A stretch of DNA of 64,000 nt. Source: Azolla caroliniana (taxonomy: Eukaryota > Plantae > Polypodiophyta). Position 1 is the first letter of the stretch, and every line of letters starts with the position of its first letter. This document shows positions 12,701-25,732 of the stretch, piece by piece. The position numbers were made by a program, and so were the translations under genes. The notes beneath the pieces are model-generated. The model searched no databases, was not told the DNA's origin, and was given only the letters and a program-made list of their open reading frames with translations. The stretch is taken from the NCBI GenBank assembly GCA_043228905.1, contig JBHGNT010000002.1, forward strand, positions 7,626,001 through 7,690,000. Reading direction: 5' to 3'.

Positions 12701-13114
12701 TGTTAGGAATAGTATTGAGAGAGAGAAGAAATTAGTACTAAGAGAGGAATATTAGTACTAAGAGGAATAGAGGGTATAGAACACTCGAGAAGGAGAGTGA
12801 TAGATCAAGGGAGAGAAAATGATGATGACAGTGATATATTATGTGAGAAGAATATATAAGGAAGGTTAGGAGGCTTAAGACGGCGTTGAACTGATTTGGT
12901 TCGAAATAATGCCTTGTGCCTCCTTTTATAGTGTTCTCAGGAGTAGTCTTGAAGCTTCTAGAATGTTCCAGAGAAATCTGCAATACACGTTAATTTTCTA
13001 TAGTAAAACTTAAATAAAAATAATATCCTATATATTACAATAGATAGTCTAATGATCAAGAGCTCGACCCATGTAACATAAGGTCATGGGTTTGATTCTT
13101 GTCATATCATGACA
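12701..13114 (-). repeat. 5' LTR of G0
   Basis: TGTCA...TAACA on the minus strand, similar to 38680-39097, followed by the non-tRNA PBS GTTTGAACCGATTT. Confidence 0.85.
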
Positions 13115-15452
13115 CATTCCATTTATCATTAGACACATATATTGCTCTAGTTTGTTTATTAGCTTGTCCCTATGGTGCATAGCTCTCTTTCACTCTAATG
13201 CTTGGGCTTCTCAATGGTCCAGTAAAAATTTCTTATTGATGTCTTCCTCCATTGTTGTCTTCGCCCCTTTATCCACTCTCTTAAGGCTTGCACAAATTGA
13301 ACAATACCCCATGCGTACTTTTCGAGGTATAATAACGTTACTAAACTGTGATGTGCACAATCTAACATGTATTCTATGTTTAGAGTATTTTTTAGAGTAC
13401 TCTAAAGGATTCTACACATATTCTACGTTTTAGAACTGCCATTTTTAAAAATTTGACATATTCTACATATTTAACAAGTATTTATCATTTAAAAAATTAT
13501 TTTTATTTTTATTTTGAAAAAAAAACTTTAAATTTTAAGAGTTATGTAATGTATTTTACATGTATTCTAACTTCTAAGTATTCTATGTATGTTGTTGAGA
13601 ATCAAGGCCAACCTAGTCTAGTGTATAAACACATCCTTTGAGAATGTATGAGCATTCAAAGGTTATCACTAATTCTCCACCATTAACTATGTATGTGTCA
13701 TAGAATCATATTTTATGACACATAACTAATGAGGTCCCACATTCCCCATGACATATGAGCTTCTATAGCTACTAGAAAGAGAGAGTGGGCACTTTAATGT
13801 AGAGAAAGGGTGACTTTATATAAAGCACCCTCTTTCCTTTGTATTCGTGGACCGTGGGTTGTTTTTCTATTGTATTTTGTACTCCTTGTTAATATACATT
13901 TGAGTCTTTTTATTCTATCTTGTGTCTCTTCTCTCGTCTTTCACACACATCTCTAATCTATTTACATGACATACTTACTCTACCTAATTATTTAGCCAAT
14001 ATAATGGCCTCATGGGCGGATTCGATGGAGTTGAAAGACAACGACTAACCTTCATCCAACAATGGTCGCCCTCTTGTTTGCTTGAGTCAATGGGCATCCA
14101 TAGAAGATGGAACTATTACCTCCCTATAGGGATTTATATATAACAATTTTATTTGTAAAATTTTATAACTAATGGAAGGAGTTCTTTTTGGAAAACGAAA
14201 ACTTTACTAGATGTTGGTTGATGTCTATTGCTAAGTCTCAAACAACTTCACCTAACGATAAGTAAAAAAGTGCTCCCTATGTATTTGGTTTGTGACGAAA
14301 ATTATTATGATGCAAATAAAGCTAATTGTGTCATTGCTATGAGAATCGAAACACTTTATAGTTGGCGAGACACTCAAGAGAACCATATTCTTAGATTGAC
14401 TCTCCATTAAACGAGAAAAATATATTAATGAGAAAAACTTAACATAATGTTATTCATTAAACAACTTAGAGATTATGACATAACTTGAATCTTCTTGCAC
14501 AATTTACAATGTTCTTTTTGTCTCCATACATCACTTACTCTCCTCAAATTATAATTGTTCTCTCTATGTCATATCTAATAATCTTGCTTTCTTACTAATT
14601 CAGATTATATCATTCATTCATGAATGTAGATGGTGGCCTTGTTGGGCCTTCATTTTCTATTTTTGGTGGATTGGTTTTCTTGAGTGTCATTTAAGGAACT
14701 ATACTATCATGTATACCAATTAAATGTGGACTCTCATTTATGTAAATTTTTATGTTCTATCTAATTTTGGGTATAAGTTATAAATACCCTCTCAAGATGG
14801 ATGCATAAGATTTTTTTTATGACCCTATATACCACAACTCTTCAATTATAAAGCTAGAAAACTGATGGTGTTTTGGATGGTTGACAAACCCACAAAGTTT
14901 ATCCCCCAACAAATTTCGTATGCTTTTACTTTAAAAACATTTATGTAAACTATTGACATGATTGAATGCAAGATTGGACAATTGTAGAGTTAAAGATAGG
15001 TTTTTTGAAGTTTATGATGCTTGTAGAATGTATGTCCTTAAGGATTTAAAAGGAAAATTGACAATTCTCAACGCTTAAATAACATTTCTTATTTTGTTGA
15101 TGAGATAATGGTCTAGTATTGTTTTATCACAAATCATGGCAAACACTTCTACACATTTACGTCACAAAATAAATGGATATATAATTTGGAACTTACAATT
15201 TGTATGGAAATAAAAGCCAAGGTGGCCAAGATTAGATATCATGAATAAGGGAGATGAGATTGCAAAATGAGCATAGAAAAATATGATGACTTTGCATGAG
15301 ATTGGGTGTGGATGCATGCAAAAAAATATAATGTACTATGTAGATGACTAAAGCTAACTAGCATTATTGAACCACATATAAAGTGAATAATTCAAATGAG
15401 AGGTATAAATTAGCAAGGTATGCTAGAGTTACACTAAGAGATTAGTATGCCT

Positions 15453-15483
<31 letters not shown>

Positions 15484-15497
15484 AAGAGAGAGAGAGA
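15453..15497. repeat. (AG)n microsatellite just 3' of the dirigent stop
   Basis: Seen directly. Confidence 0.9.
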
Positions 15498-15509
15498 TAA
15501 TGATGATGA

Positions 15510-16058
15510 TTACATGAAAAAGAGAGAGTGATGGTAGACAAGGTAAGGCAAGGTGTTATTAACAACAATGTCAATAAAGGCGTAACCACGAACACCTCGG
15601 AACGAACCCGTTCCCCCAACAATTGCAATCTCATTAGGGGCATTCTCGATGATCCCTTGCAACATAATTGTGCCTTTCAACCCATTTCCATCATCGTAAG
15701 TCAACACCTCGACCTCCACATCTCGGCTCGCGCTGGCACTTAGCAAGTAGCTCGTTTGTATCGTAAAGCCTCGTACAGAGCCCACATTCCGCGCTGTGGT
15801 GCGGTCGACGCCGTCAGTTATGTTGAGATTGAACACATCGATCTCACCAAATTGGGCATTCGATGGGTGGGACGTGTGGTTCAATCCGGGGAGGTCGATG
15901 CCGAAATCGGAGGCGCCAAGCTCTACTTGCACATAATAGTCTATGGATGGTATTGTTCTCTCATGGTGAATAACTCTCTCTCCAAGTGTGAAAATGGCCC
16001 CACATATTGTTGTAATGTAAATGTATACCAAAGTGCCTAATATCAATAATATCTTCAT
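15510..16058 (-). CDS. Dirigent (DIR-like) protein, 182 aa, secreted
   Basis: Intronless ATG-TAA ORF with a hydrophobic signal peptide. Dirigent motifs: FGEIDVFN..IT.G, VGSVRGF, GTIMLQG, EIAIVGGTGSFRGVRGYA. Confidence 0.88.
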   Translation of the reverse strand: MKILLILGTLVYIYITTICGAIFTLGERVIHHERTIPSIDYYVQVELGASDFGIDLPGLNHTSHPSNAQFGEIDVFNLNITDGVDRTTARNVGSVRGFTIQTSYLLSASASRDVEVEVLTYDDGNGLKGTIMLQGIIENAPNEIAIVGGTGSFRGVRGYAFIDIVVNNTLPYLVYHHSLFFM

Positions 16059-17067
16059 GATTTGTAACTAATGTCACTATAGGATTTATATTGAATGTAT
16101 CTTAACTCCACTTATGGTGTATCTCAACTCCACTTGTTATTCACCTTCTTGTCCTTTTCTCTATTTGCCTCTAATTTTTGGCATCTATTTATTGGGTTCT
16201 TTAAGCTAAGTATAGAGGAGGAGAGAAAGCAAGACGTACAATAATAATTAGAGGAGCCAAGAAAAGCACCATTTTCAAAAACCCACTAAGTACTAGGTGA
16301 AAAAAAACCACCTATAGCCCAAATAGAAAGAAGCCTAATTTGAAAAGCTAAAGTATCCATTTATAGATAGGGAAAGGAAAATGCTCTATTTTTTTTTTTA
16401 ATGTGAAAAGGGCCAAATTTGAGTGTAATAGAAATGGCAAATCCTTAGAATACCCAAAGTTTTTCCAGAAATTTTACAACTTTATCCATATACAATTAAT
16501 GTTTTCCCACACGAGAGATGTTATGGTAACATTCAAAACTTGGGGAAAACTTACTAAACGCCATACATAGTAGGAATTGTTTAACTTTGGGGAAACTTAC
16601 TAGATTACCATTATGTAACAACGTGATTATATTAACCTAGAATGAAGCATTTTAATTTTCTGAATAAACCTACTTGCAATTTCATTTATATAAGCATTGG
16701 AATTCAAATTACTTTAAGTTTCATGTGTATGCACACAATATTTTGCTAATTGATAAATGAGTAATAGCATTCCTATTTAAGTTTAGGATTTTTTCATGAA
16801 GTATCTTCTATATTTCTTTAGTATTGCAAGTTTGCATGATGTAGATCCTTACAAATAATTTATGACTTGGATTTGTTAATGTCACACATTATGCTTGAAT
16901 ATCTATGCAAATGTTGTCTCGCCTCAATTTGATTGGGTGATTGAACAAGAAATTAAGCCAATGAGAAGCATTATATCAAACATTTGATGTGGGTTTTCTT
17001 TGAACATTTCAAATTTTATACATAGCTTTTGTGTGGTCCTTGGTTTATCATGACAATTTGTGTTTGC

Positions 17068-20000
17068 CTACTCCCAACCAACAATATAATCTAAAACTGC
17101 AACAAGTGCAAGTGATAAAGGATACAATGGAAGTATGATGAATGCCATCCATAGAGGGAAAGTTTTTCGAACAGAGGTAAGCAATCCCATTATAATTGTT
17201 ACAAGTGCAATGATCAAAACCTCAGCTGTAAACTCCCATACCAAATGTCGCCCATATACAATTGCCAAAAATACTCCCAAACTCAATGTATTGTTCAATG
17301 TGACCCCACCATAGATCTACATGTGCCAAAAGAGAGACAAATTGTGATATGTCATTGCTTCCCATGTTAACATGACATTAGGTGTTAGCATAATGTGAAA
17401 ACACAACCATTACAAGTTATCATTAAAACAGTGTCAAAGCTTTTACTTTTTCAACCCTAAGGTCGTGGATTCAAGTCTCTTAAGAAATGAGTCTAATATA
17501 AGTTATAACCTTCATCCTTAAAAGTGTTCTTATTTTGATTTTATAAATGGGTCTGGAGTTTGTGAAATTCTTAAAATGTTGTTCAACATTTCAAAAACTC
17601 TCAAAATCCATTCTAGCTTGTCGTGAATGCCATTTTGGAAATTATGACAAAACTTCATTAGACAATTTATCATTTCTCCAATTAAAAATCCCCCAAAAAG
17701 GAAATGGCATTGGGAGAACATCATTGCCACTTTGGGAGTTATTGACAACTACATTCACATTTCGATAAATTTGCATTCTTTTTTAAAGAACCCAAATTAA
17801 AAGATTGGATGAGGCAAAAACATACCTGAGAGTAAGTCATGGACATGTTCATTTTCCTTTTCCGAGATGCGAAAATGATGGAAGAGATTCCTTCGCTTGC
17901 ATTCGAGGCAAATGGAAGCAAAACAAAAGACAAAAAGAAAGGAGGAATGTGGCTAGCTCTCGAGAATCCGGCCACCGAATCCACTAATGGATCTGCGAAA
18001 AAGACTGCCATAATCGCCCCTCCTATCAATAAACCGGATGCTTTCCAAATAGTCTTTCCCCAATAAAGAGGCTCATATTCTTTTTTTTCTTCTTCTGCAA
18101 CCTCATGGAATTGCTCCATGAACTTTTCTAACTAGATGACCAAAAAATAGTAAATACCATACTTTGGGTCCTTAGGAACACATAAACACAAATTAATACA
18201 TGTTTTGATGTTCCCCTAAAAATGTATGCATACATTGTATAAAGAAACATGCCATTCATAGGGAGAAGAAAAACTAATACCTTTATCTCATCTATGATTG
18301 GAAATTAGAACCAAGATTTTAACTCACCACATATCCTCTCTCATGTCGACCATTCTTGAGCTTAACATCTTTGCACCATTTCATTAATCCCTCTTCAAAC
18401 TCATTCAACGAGATACCATCACTTCGATCTTTGTCAAAATATTTCATAAAGTTACTCACTACACCCTCTGGTAATTTGTGGTTGAACTCCAAGACAACTA
18501 ATGCTACTCTGACTTCATCTGGAATCAAGCTTCCATCTTTATTTGTATCTATTTTGTCGAATATTCTACAATACCCATATTCCAGAATTTGTAAAATGAT
18601 AAACATTGAATTCATGTTGGACATATTTTATAACACTCACTGTTTGATTGCAATTTTGTTCACCTTTCCTTCCATATCCACAAGCCGATCATTGGGGTCA
18701 ATGAGTTGTTGAAAAGAATATAAAACAAATTGTTTCCAATGTCGTTTCATTGCCCACATCTTATGGAACTTAGATCTCATTGCCTGGAGTTTTTCAATTA
18801 CAATGCAATTTACTAGTTGTACTCATAACTCAACTCACAAACTTTTCCTAGACTTGCAAAGAGATCAAACCTGGTAACTGCAAGAAGCAATCGCCCCACC
18901 CAGAGATATCACACATGCAAGAAGAACACAAATATTGCTTCTTGCCGAGAAACGGAAAATTATCGGCAATTCGGCGACAATGAAGGGAATAACAGTGAGA
19001 CACATTATCCCCGCAGAAACCTTTGTTACATTGTTTGTTTCAACTCCTGTGCCTGTTACAGAAAACAATGCATAAAATCCAGAAATCCATAAAAAAAAAA
19101 AGGCAAAACGGGGAAAATATCCATGACTTGGTTGGGTATTTTACAGAATCCCCCTTTAATTTTCAAATGATACAAAACAGAAACCCCCTATATACTTCTC
19201 TACAAGTGTGTGGTTTGGTAAGCTTTAAAGACTTGGCAGTATTCTGCTAAATACACAACTAGTTAAATTCTGGTGTTTTACACTAAACAAAATGGGCACT
19301 ACTTTTGTTTCACAATGAATAATGAATAATGAGTAAGATAAATACCAGAAAGACCAAATTTTCTAGTTAATGTTTTGTCCTTAGCCTTAAGCAGTCCATT
19401 GGAATCATGCTCAAAGTCGCAACGCCCCAGAATGAGACAAGTTCCCCACAAGAGTGTTAAAAGCATGACATTTGATCCAGCGAGCAACCCGATACCCACA
19501 AGCACATGCTCTTGAGCTTTGGCTTTGCTACCACCCAAGCCAGAGACTGCAAATTCAAGGAGCAAAAATCAATCTCTTGGTAAAGGTATAGCCCTAAGAA
19601 TGACACTTCAAACTTGATATGTATGTGTGCATTATGTCCATACAAAACACCATGGTTGATACCTCAAGTGATATCCTGATACCTTAGGTTTACTTTTATT
19701 TTTACATAGAAAATACATACATACATATATAGTTGCCTATGGTTTGTTAGAATTTACCAAAATTTCCTTGTCAATGTCACTAATGATCTTCTTGATGACA
19801 TATATTGTGCTAGTGACACGCATCATTAGCATGAACTCATATTGAACAAACACTCAATCTATGCCAATGCAAGTCTTTAATCATGCTTAATTATGCCAAT
19901 GCAAGTTTTTAATCATGCTCAATTGTTAACATATAAATAATGCACTTGTTTGCTTTTTCCATTCATTAGTAGCTAGTGCCAACCATTGTTAACATGATTA

Positions 20001-20593
20001 AAACATCTCAAAAAACAAAGGAATCACGAAAAACCTATGCCAATGCAAAGTCTAATCCAATATATTAGCATCTTCAATTCAGAATGTATATGAGACAATT
20101 AATTTTCTGGTTTTTTTGTGTGTTACTAGCAAGTGGCCACCATTATATCAGTCAATCACTAAACCCGGAAAAGGTCTATATACAAGAAGCTACCTGCAAC
20201 AAGGATAGTATCTGGAAGCACACCGACAATAGGTAGAAGAAGACCTCCAACAACACCCGGATCCAGAACAATGAGTAAAAGCTCACTACCTTCAGATAAC
20301 ATGGTTGCAGATTTATACATGAAGTATCCATAAATCATAAGTAAAAACAGATTCCCAATCAGTGTTGAAGAACAGGGCAATAATCCATATGTATGATCAC
20401 ACAGAACATCCCTCTCTATGATACCAGAAACAGCGAAATGTTCATCTCCTAAAGGATTGCTGGAGATGAAGGCTTGCTTTTTACTCAGAAGCAACCGATG
20501 AAGAGGAACAGGGGAGGAAGTTCCTTGTGCTTCTGCAGAGATGTGAGAAATGGTGGAAGCAAGAAGAATCAGAGTGAGAGGAATGGAGCCCAT
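17068..20593 (-). CDS. NCL: EF-hand Na+/Ca2+ exchanger-like protein (NCL/EF-CAX), 7 exons, about 572 aa
   Basis: Exons 20593-20194, 19546-19346, 19052-18871, 18783-18641, 18565-18328, 18131-17826 and 17316-17068. All introns are GT-AG and phase-consistent, total 1719 nt. Motifs: CDHTYGLLPC, GLLAGSNVMLLT, EF-hands DKIDTNKDG and DKDRSDGISLNEF, PFASNASE, YSQIYGGVTLNN. Confidence 0.95.
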
Positions 20594-21369
20594 GTCTAAG
20601 AATTAGTTTACAGCGGAGATGGGTTGTTTTCAAAATGGGCGATGGAGAAGGAAGGTTTTGCAGCAGAAGAAAGTGGAGCGCCATAGGCATGAGAGGAGGC
20701 AAGGTATTGTTTACAGCGTGTATGGTGTATGTATGAAGCAATCTAGATTCTCTGCTATGGTGCAGGCAAATCTATGGCTTACAGATTTCTATGCTCCATA
20801 CAGATTAAGCATCTCTGATTATGCGTCTGACATTACCCGTCGATTGATTAAGAACTATCCAACTTCCTAATGAGAGCCTCCATCAAAAACATTTAGCTCC
20901 TAATTTGATTGATTAAGATAAACTCACACTCCTATGATTAAAGAGCGATTAATCATTAAATCTTGTTGTTAGTAGAGCTCATTTTGTAAGTTGCAAAAAA
21001 ACAAGAGATCCTATTTCTGATTGATTAGGATAAAGTCACTTTGTGATTAACAAGCGATTAATAATTAAATCGACCTTCTTTTGCTAATTGTGTTTCTTAA
21101 TTGCATTATGTTAGTTTTCATGCCCTCTTAGGAGGCCCAACATGTCGGTCTTTCGATGATTTCTCCTCGTGTATATCTATTTGAATTCAAAATCGAATGG
21201 GAGAAATTAAATATTTCACTTTAAAATGAAGATAAGTATTGATCTTAGCTCTTAGAAGTGGCTAGCACCCGAGCTTAGAACTTGGCATCACATTTGTCAA
21301 AATCAAGATGGTATGGTGGTATGTGTGTCGTTGCTTTTTTTGTGTCTTTCTTAAACCCAAAATGGTAAC

Positions 21370-22226
21370 TATTTAGCATTTTCTTACAAAGTTTCTAGAA
21401 GTTAAAAAAGAAACATCATACACCCTCCTCTTACTTGAAATAGGACCACTTTGCATTGGCATCATGGCCATGGAAAGGGGTTGTTGAATACATGCTTAAG
21501 GTTCAAAAAAATCCCTCGCATCAACTTCCTAGAATCGCATGGGAAGCAAGCAAAAAGATCTAAAAGGCACATAAAAGCAAAATTTTGTGTTCTAGTTAGA
21601 TTCAATATATAGAAAAATGGTTTGGTAGATGTGACGCAACACACTTGCTTCATGATGCATCACTAGATTCCTTTGTAAATGAGTCCTTTTTGCGACATGA
21701 ATGTATCAGGACATGAGAAAAATATGGATGCTACCTTCACTCATTATACTAAAAATGTTGCACCTAACTATGAAACCATATTCTTCATCAAATGGGGAAA
21801 CCATACACATCGATACATGTTAGAGCCCATCCCGTTGATGCCATCTAAACCTTTGCTTCCATGCACCTTAGCTCACATGCATTGTGATATAAGACAAGGC
21901 ATTGGGGCACAAGTGATGAGAGTTGTCGACAATACACACTTTGCATGAAAAAGTTCAGGCATTTGGGTATCACACTTTGATACAATGCTCTACCTTTGAT
22001 CATATTCAACTATGCTTTCCACACATCTCTGACCAAACCTAATCTTTGCACAAATTTCTCTCACAATCACAAATTCTCTTTTGATTGCTATTGGTAAGGT
22101 TCTAGAATGCTAAGAGTTGCTATTCACTGACACATGTATTGTGTGAAATTTAATATTTTTGGTCTCATAGGTCATATTTGACCTCTGAAGACGATAATAG
22201 AATTTATCTATCTGTCTATCTATCTA
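21370..22226 (+). mobile_element. Decayed 3' end of a non-LTR retrotransposon (RTE/RTEX/L2-like) with a (TATC)n tail
   Basis: Homologous to the reverse complement of 51830-52661. Ends GACCTCTGAAGACGATAAT followed by TATC repeats. Confidence 0.7.
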
Positions 22227-22557
22227 GTCCCACCACATAGCCATTTCCTATGGTTGGGTACACATCCGAACCATAACATATTTTGTACCACATTAAAACA
22301 TTCTTTGTATCTATGTTTATTTTATTTTTATTTTCGATGGTTGGGTACACATTCCATTACTATAACCAATTGTCTTATGGGCCAATTTGATCTTATAAGA
22401 CGTAAATATATCTTTCTTTCTTTTCTTTTCCTCTCTCTAGAGATCTGTCCTTATTTATTGTATCTATTTTCTCTTCCGTTTCGTCTCCTATGTCTTTTGA
22501 GGCATAGATTTTGTCAAGACACGTGTTAGTTTTTCCTCTCCTATGTGTGTGTGTGTG

Positions 22558-22960
22558 TGTCACGGACACACCAAACGCAGACTAGGACGGAGCACAGATG
22601 ACAAGGCTACGAGGAACTTAAGAAGCTAGGAACGACATAAGAGAATGAAGACAGAGGTGAAGCAGGAGACAAGATGGAATGAAATGAGAATACTAGATTG
22701 ATATGTCAATGACTGGTGTTGAATCCCTTGAAAGGGACCAAGGATGTTACAAGTATTTATACAATTTTCGAGATTGAATATCTCTAGAATATACTCGAGA
22801 AATATCTCGAGAATATACCCTTTTACAATATACCATAGAATAATTCTAGAATATACTAACAACTAGAATATTCTCGAATATACTATACACTAGACTCTAC
22901 AATATATACAAGTTCACAATCGAATGTGGATAGTTCAGAAGAGTTTCCATATGTTTAACA
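22558..22960 (-). repeat. Solo or truncated gypsy-type LTR (G4) related to the G1/G2 LTRs
   Basis: TGACA end on the minus strand, TCTAGA/HSE repeats, TATAAATA at 22754-22761 and the conserved TCAACACCAGTC motif. No TSD found and the right boundary is uncertain. Confidence 0.6.
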
Positions 22961-23418
22961 CAATACAATGCACTATGTGTGTTAAAAGTCAAAGGTTTGA
23001 GTCTAGAATGTGAGTCTTTTGGTTGAACCCCTTCACAACCAATCTTGCCTTGTATCTTGGGTGTGAGCAATGTTCCTCGGTCTTGAGCCTGTAAACCTAT
23101 TTGTTTTTCAGTGCTCTCTTGCCCTTAGGCAGCTTTACAAGATCATAACTATGATTGTCTTGCAAATACTTCATCTCATCCTTCATGGCGTCAAGTCATT
23201 CCTCCTTATGATCATTTGCCATAACTTCTCTAAAGCTTTCTGGCTCTCCTCCATCTAAAATCATCACATATTCATGTGGGTTGTATCTATTAGAAGGTCT
23301 TCTTTGTCTCATAGACCTTCTAACCTCTTCCTCTTCTAGAGGAGCTGTTGAAATGTCACCTAGAGTATGATGGTCATGATTTTGCCCATCATCATCGTCG
23401 GCTTCATCATCAACTGTA

Positions 23419-24750
23419 TCATCCATGAACTTGTGTGTCTGGGGCAGGTATTGGGTGTTTGGTGACTGAAAAATCAGGGGTGAGATCCGGCATTTCATTC
23501 GGTTTCGGATTTTGTAAGGTCTGATCCTCAAGGAATACCACATCCCTATTTCTAATGACCTTCTTCTCTGCTGGGTCATAAAGTCTATAGTTGAATTCCT
23601 CATGGCCGTATCCCAAGAATATGCATGGTTTGCATTTGTCATCAAGCTTGGATCTTTCATCTTTTGGGATGTGAACGTAGGCCCTACAACCGAACACTCT
23701 CAAATGTTTGTATGAGACATCTTTACCTATCCAAACCCTCTCGAGAACATCGTCATCCAAGGGCGCTGACGGAGACAGGTTTATGAGGTCAATTGCAGTC
23801 CTCATTGCTTCACCCCAAAAGGATGTAGGCAAATTTGAGTGGGATAACATACATCTTATCTGCTCACAAATTGTCCTATTCGTCCTCTCAACCACACCAT
23901 TGTGTTGAGGTGTTTTCGGGACACTTCTCTCTAGTCTAATACCATGCTCACAAGAATATTCCTCAAATCGTCCCTGATATTCACCGCCGTTATCAGCACG
24001 GATACATTTAAGCTTTCTTCTAGTTTCTTTTTCCACACTTACATGAAAGTTCCTAAAGATTTCAAACACTTGATCTTTACTCTTTAATGCAAAGCACCAC
24101 AACTTCCTCGAGAAGTCATCGATAAATGTGGCAAAGTACAATGCTCCCCCAAGAGTTCTACCTTTCATATAGCACAAGTCCGTGTGCACCAATTCCAATG
24201 GCTGAAATTTTCTTTTGGGGGGTAGATGTTGAAAGGCAACTCTGTGTTGTTTTCCGGCCAAGCAATCAACACAAGTTTCCAAGTGCATACCTTTTATGTT
24301 CGGCAGGATGTTCTTCCTTGCTAGAACATCGAGTCCCTTTTGACTCATGTGCCCAAGTCTCTTATGCCATAGCTCAATCGAGGCATCCTTGTTGGCTACA
24401 TTTACCTCTCCGCCGGACACTAGAACATGAAGTACATAGAGGGAATTCTGTTTTAGACATTTTGCTAATACTAGCGAGCCTTTGATAAGCTTCCATTTTC
24501 CGTCACCAAAGGAATTTGTGTAACCCTCATCATCAAGCTTACCAGCTGAAATAATATTTAGCCGAATGTATGGTACAAGCCTAGCATCTTTTAATACTAG
24601 TTTGCAACCCATGTCATTGGTCAGAATTATATTTCCTATCCCAACAACCTTAGTCACGCTGTGGTTAGCCATTTTGACTTTTCCAAAGTCACCACTAGCA
24701 TATGACGAGAACATTTCCCGATATGGGGTAATGTGGTATGAGGCTCCCAA
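23419..24750 (-). pseudogene. Copia D protease, GAG-pre-integrase and integrase segment
   Basis: GASYH, LWHKRLGH..C..C, FIDDFSR, RADNGGEY, PQHNGVVER. Confidence 0.9.
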
Positions 24751-25323
24751 ATCGATAATCCAATCAATTTCTTGGGATGTTAAACTTACACAAGCATCAT
24801 CACACGCGATGATGATATCACCATCACATATGACTATCGTGGAATCATTTTTCTTGTTGTCAGTAGTTCCACTCTTTTGGTCCCTCTTTTTCTTCCTACA
24901 ATCTCTTTCATAGTGGTTTGGACCACCAGAATAATGACATGTGAAGTCTTTCTTAGAGTCTTTCCTATTTCTAGATTTAGACCTCCCCTTAGAATTATTT
25001 CTGTGATTTTGTGGACCCCTAGCATGGTTTCTTCCTCTAGAGGAGTTGTTTTCTATGACTAAGGCTTTATGGTCAAAGTTGGACTCATGCTCCTTTTGTC
25101 ATGCTGCTTCATGTAGAAGACTCGACTTAAGCATGTCCAATGTTAGGTCCTTTTGTTGCGTTGCAGTCCCAAGTGTCACAACAAGGGTTTCCCAACTATC
25201 TGGGAGAGAGCCTAATAATAACAAGGTCAACACCTCATTTGCTAGAGGTATATCTAGCGAGACAGTTTGACTTATAAGTCCTTGAAATGTATTAAAATGC
25301 TCTGCCATACTAGAACCATCTTG

Positions 25324-25732
25324 TGTCAGAACCAAGGATAAAAGATAGAGTGATGGAAGAAGGATAGAGAAGAATGGATGTATAAGATAGAGAAAGAAAG
25401 AGAATGGATACAAGATATGTAATGAGAGCTAAAGACTGGTGTTGATTCGAATTGATTTGAGAATACATGTATGCGCTTATTTATAGGTTCCTATAGAATA
25501 GCTTAGAGATTTCTAGAATGTTTTAGAATGTTCTAGACCTAGAATGCTCTAGGACATTCTAGAACATTCTAGAATAATCTAGAGTTTTTACAATAATCAA
25601 TGTAATACAAGAAGTAGCTTTTATTGTTTGATATAACAATAAGCTATCTTAATGGTTGAGATTTTCAAGTATGAATTACAAGGTTCGAGGTTCAAGTCCG
25701 GGTGACGCCATAATGGTCATGTGTTCATGGCA
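25324..25732 (-). repeat. 3' LTR of G2
   Basis: Direct repeat of 30629-31037. Confidence 0.95.

Larger units (their letters stand above)
1..13114 (-). mobile_element. Ty3/gypsy element G0 (Tcn1-like, same family as G1), 5' half only; interrupted in its 5' UTR by copia A
   Basis: Gag remnants at 1042-1788 (YPTDASRVGLVGTL) and aspartic protease LLDSGA at 254-622, with many stops and frameshifts. 5' LTR at 12701-13114 resembles the G1 LTR. The element runs off the left edge. Confidence 0.9.

Noticed and set aside
13593-13950. Possible solo LTR (TGTTGA start, TATA box, CT-rich end)
   Set aside because: No matching TSD or second copy in the window, so the boundaries cannot be supported.
17440-17485. 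B-box-like GGATTCAAGTC in NCL intron 6 (possible SINE relic)
   Set aside because: No convincing A-box, tail or TSD.
25640-25712. Functional tRNA genes in the LTRs and array
   Set aside because: Only the A and B boxes fit. Acceptor and anticodon stems do not pair, so these are reported as tRNA-like modules.
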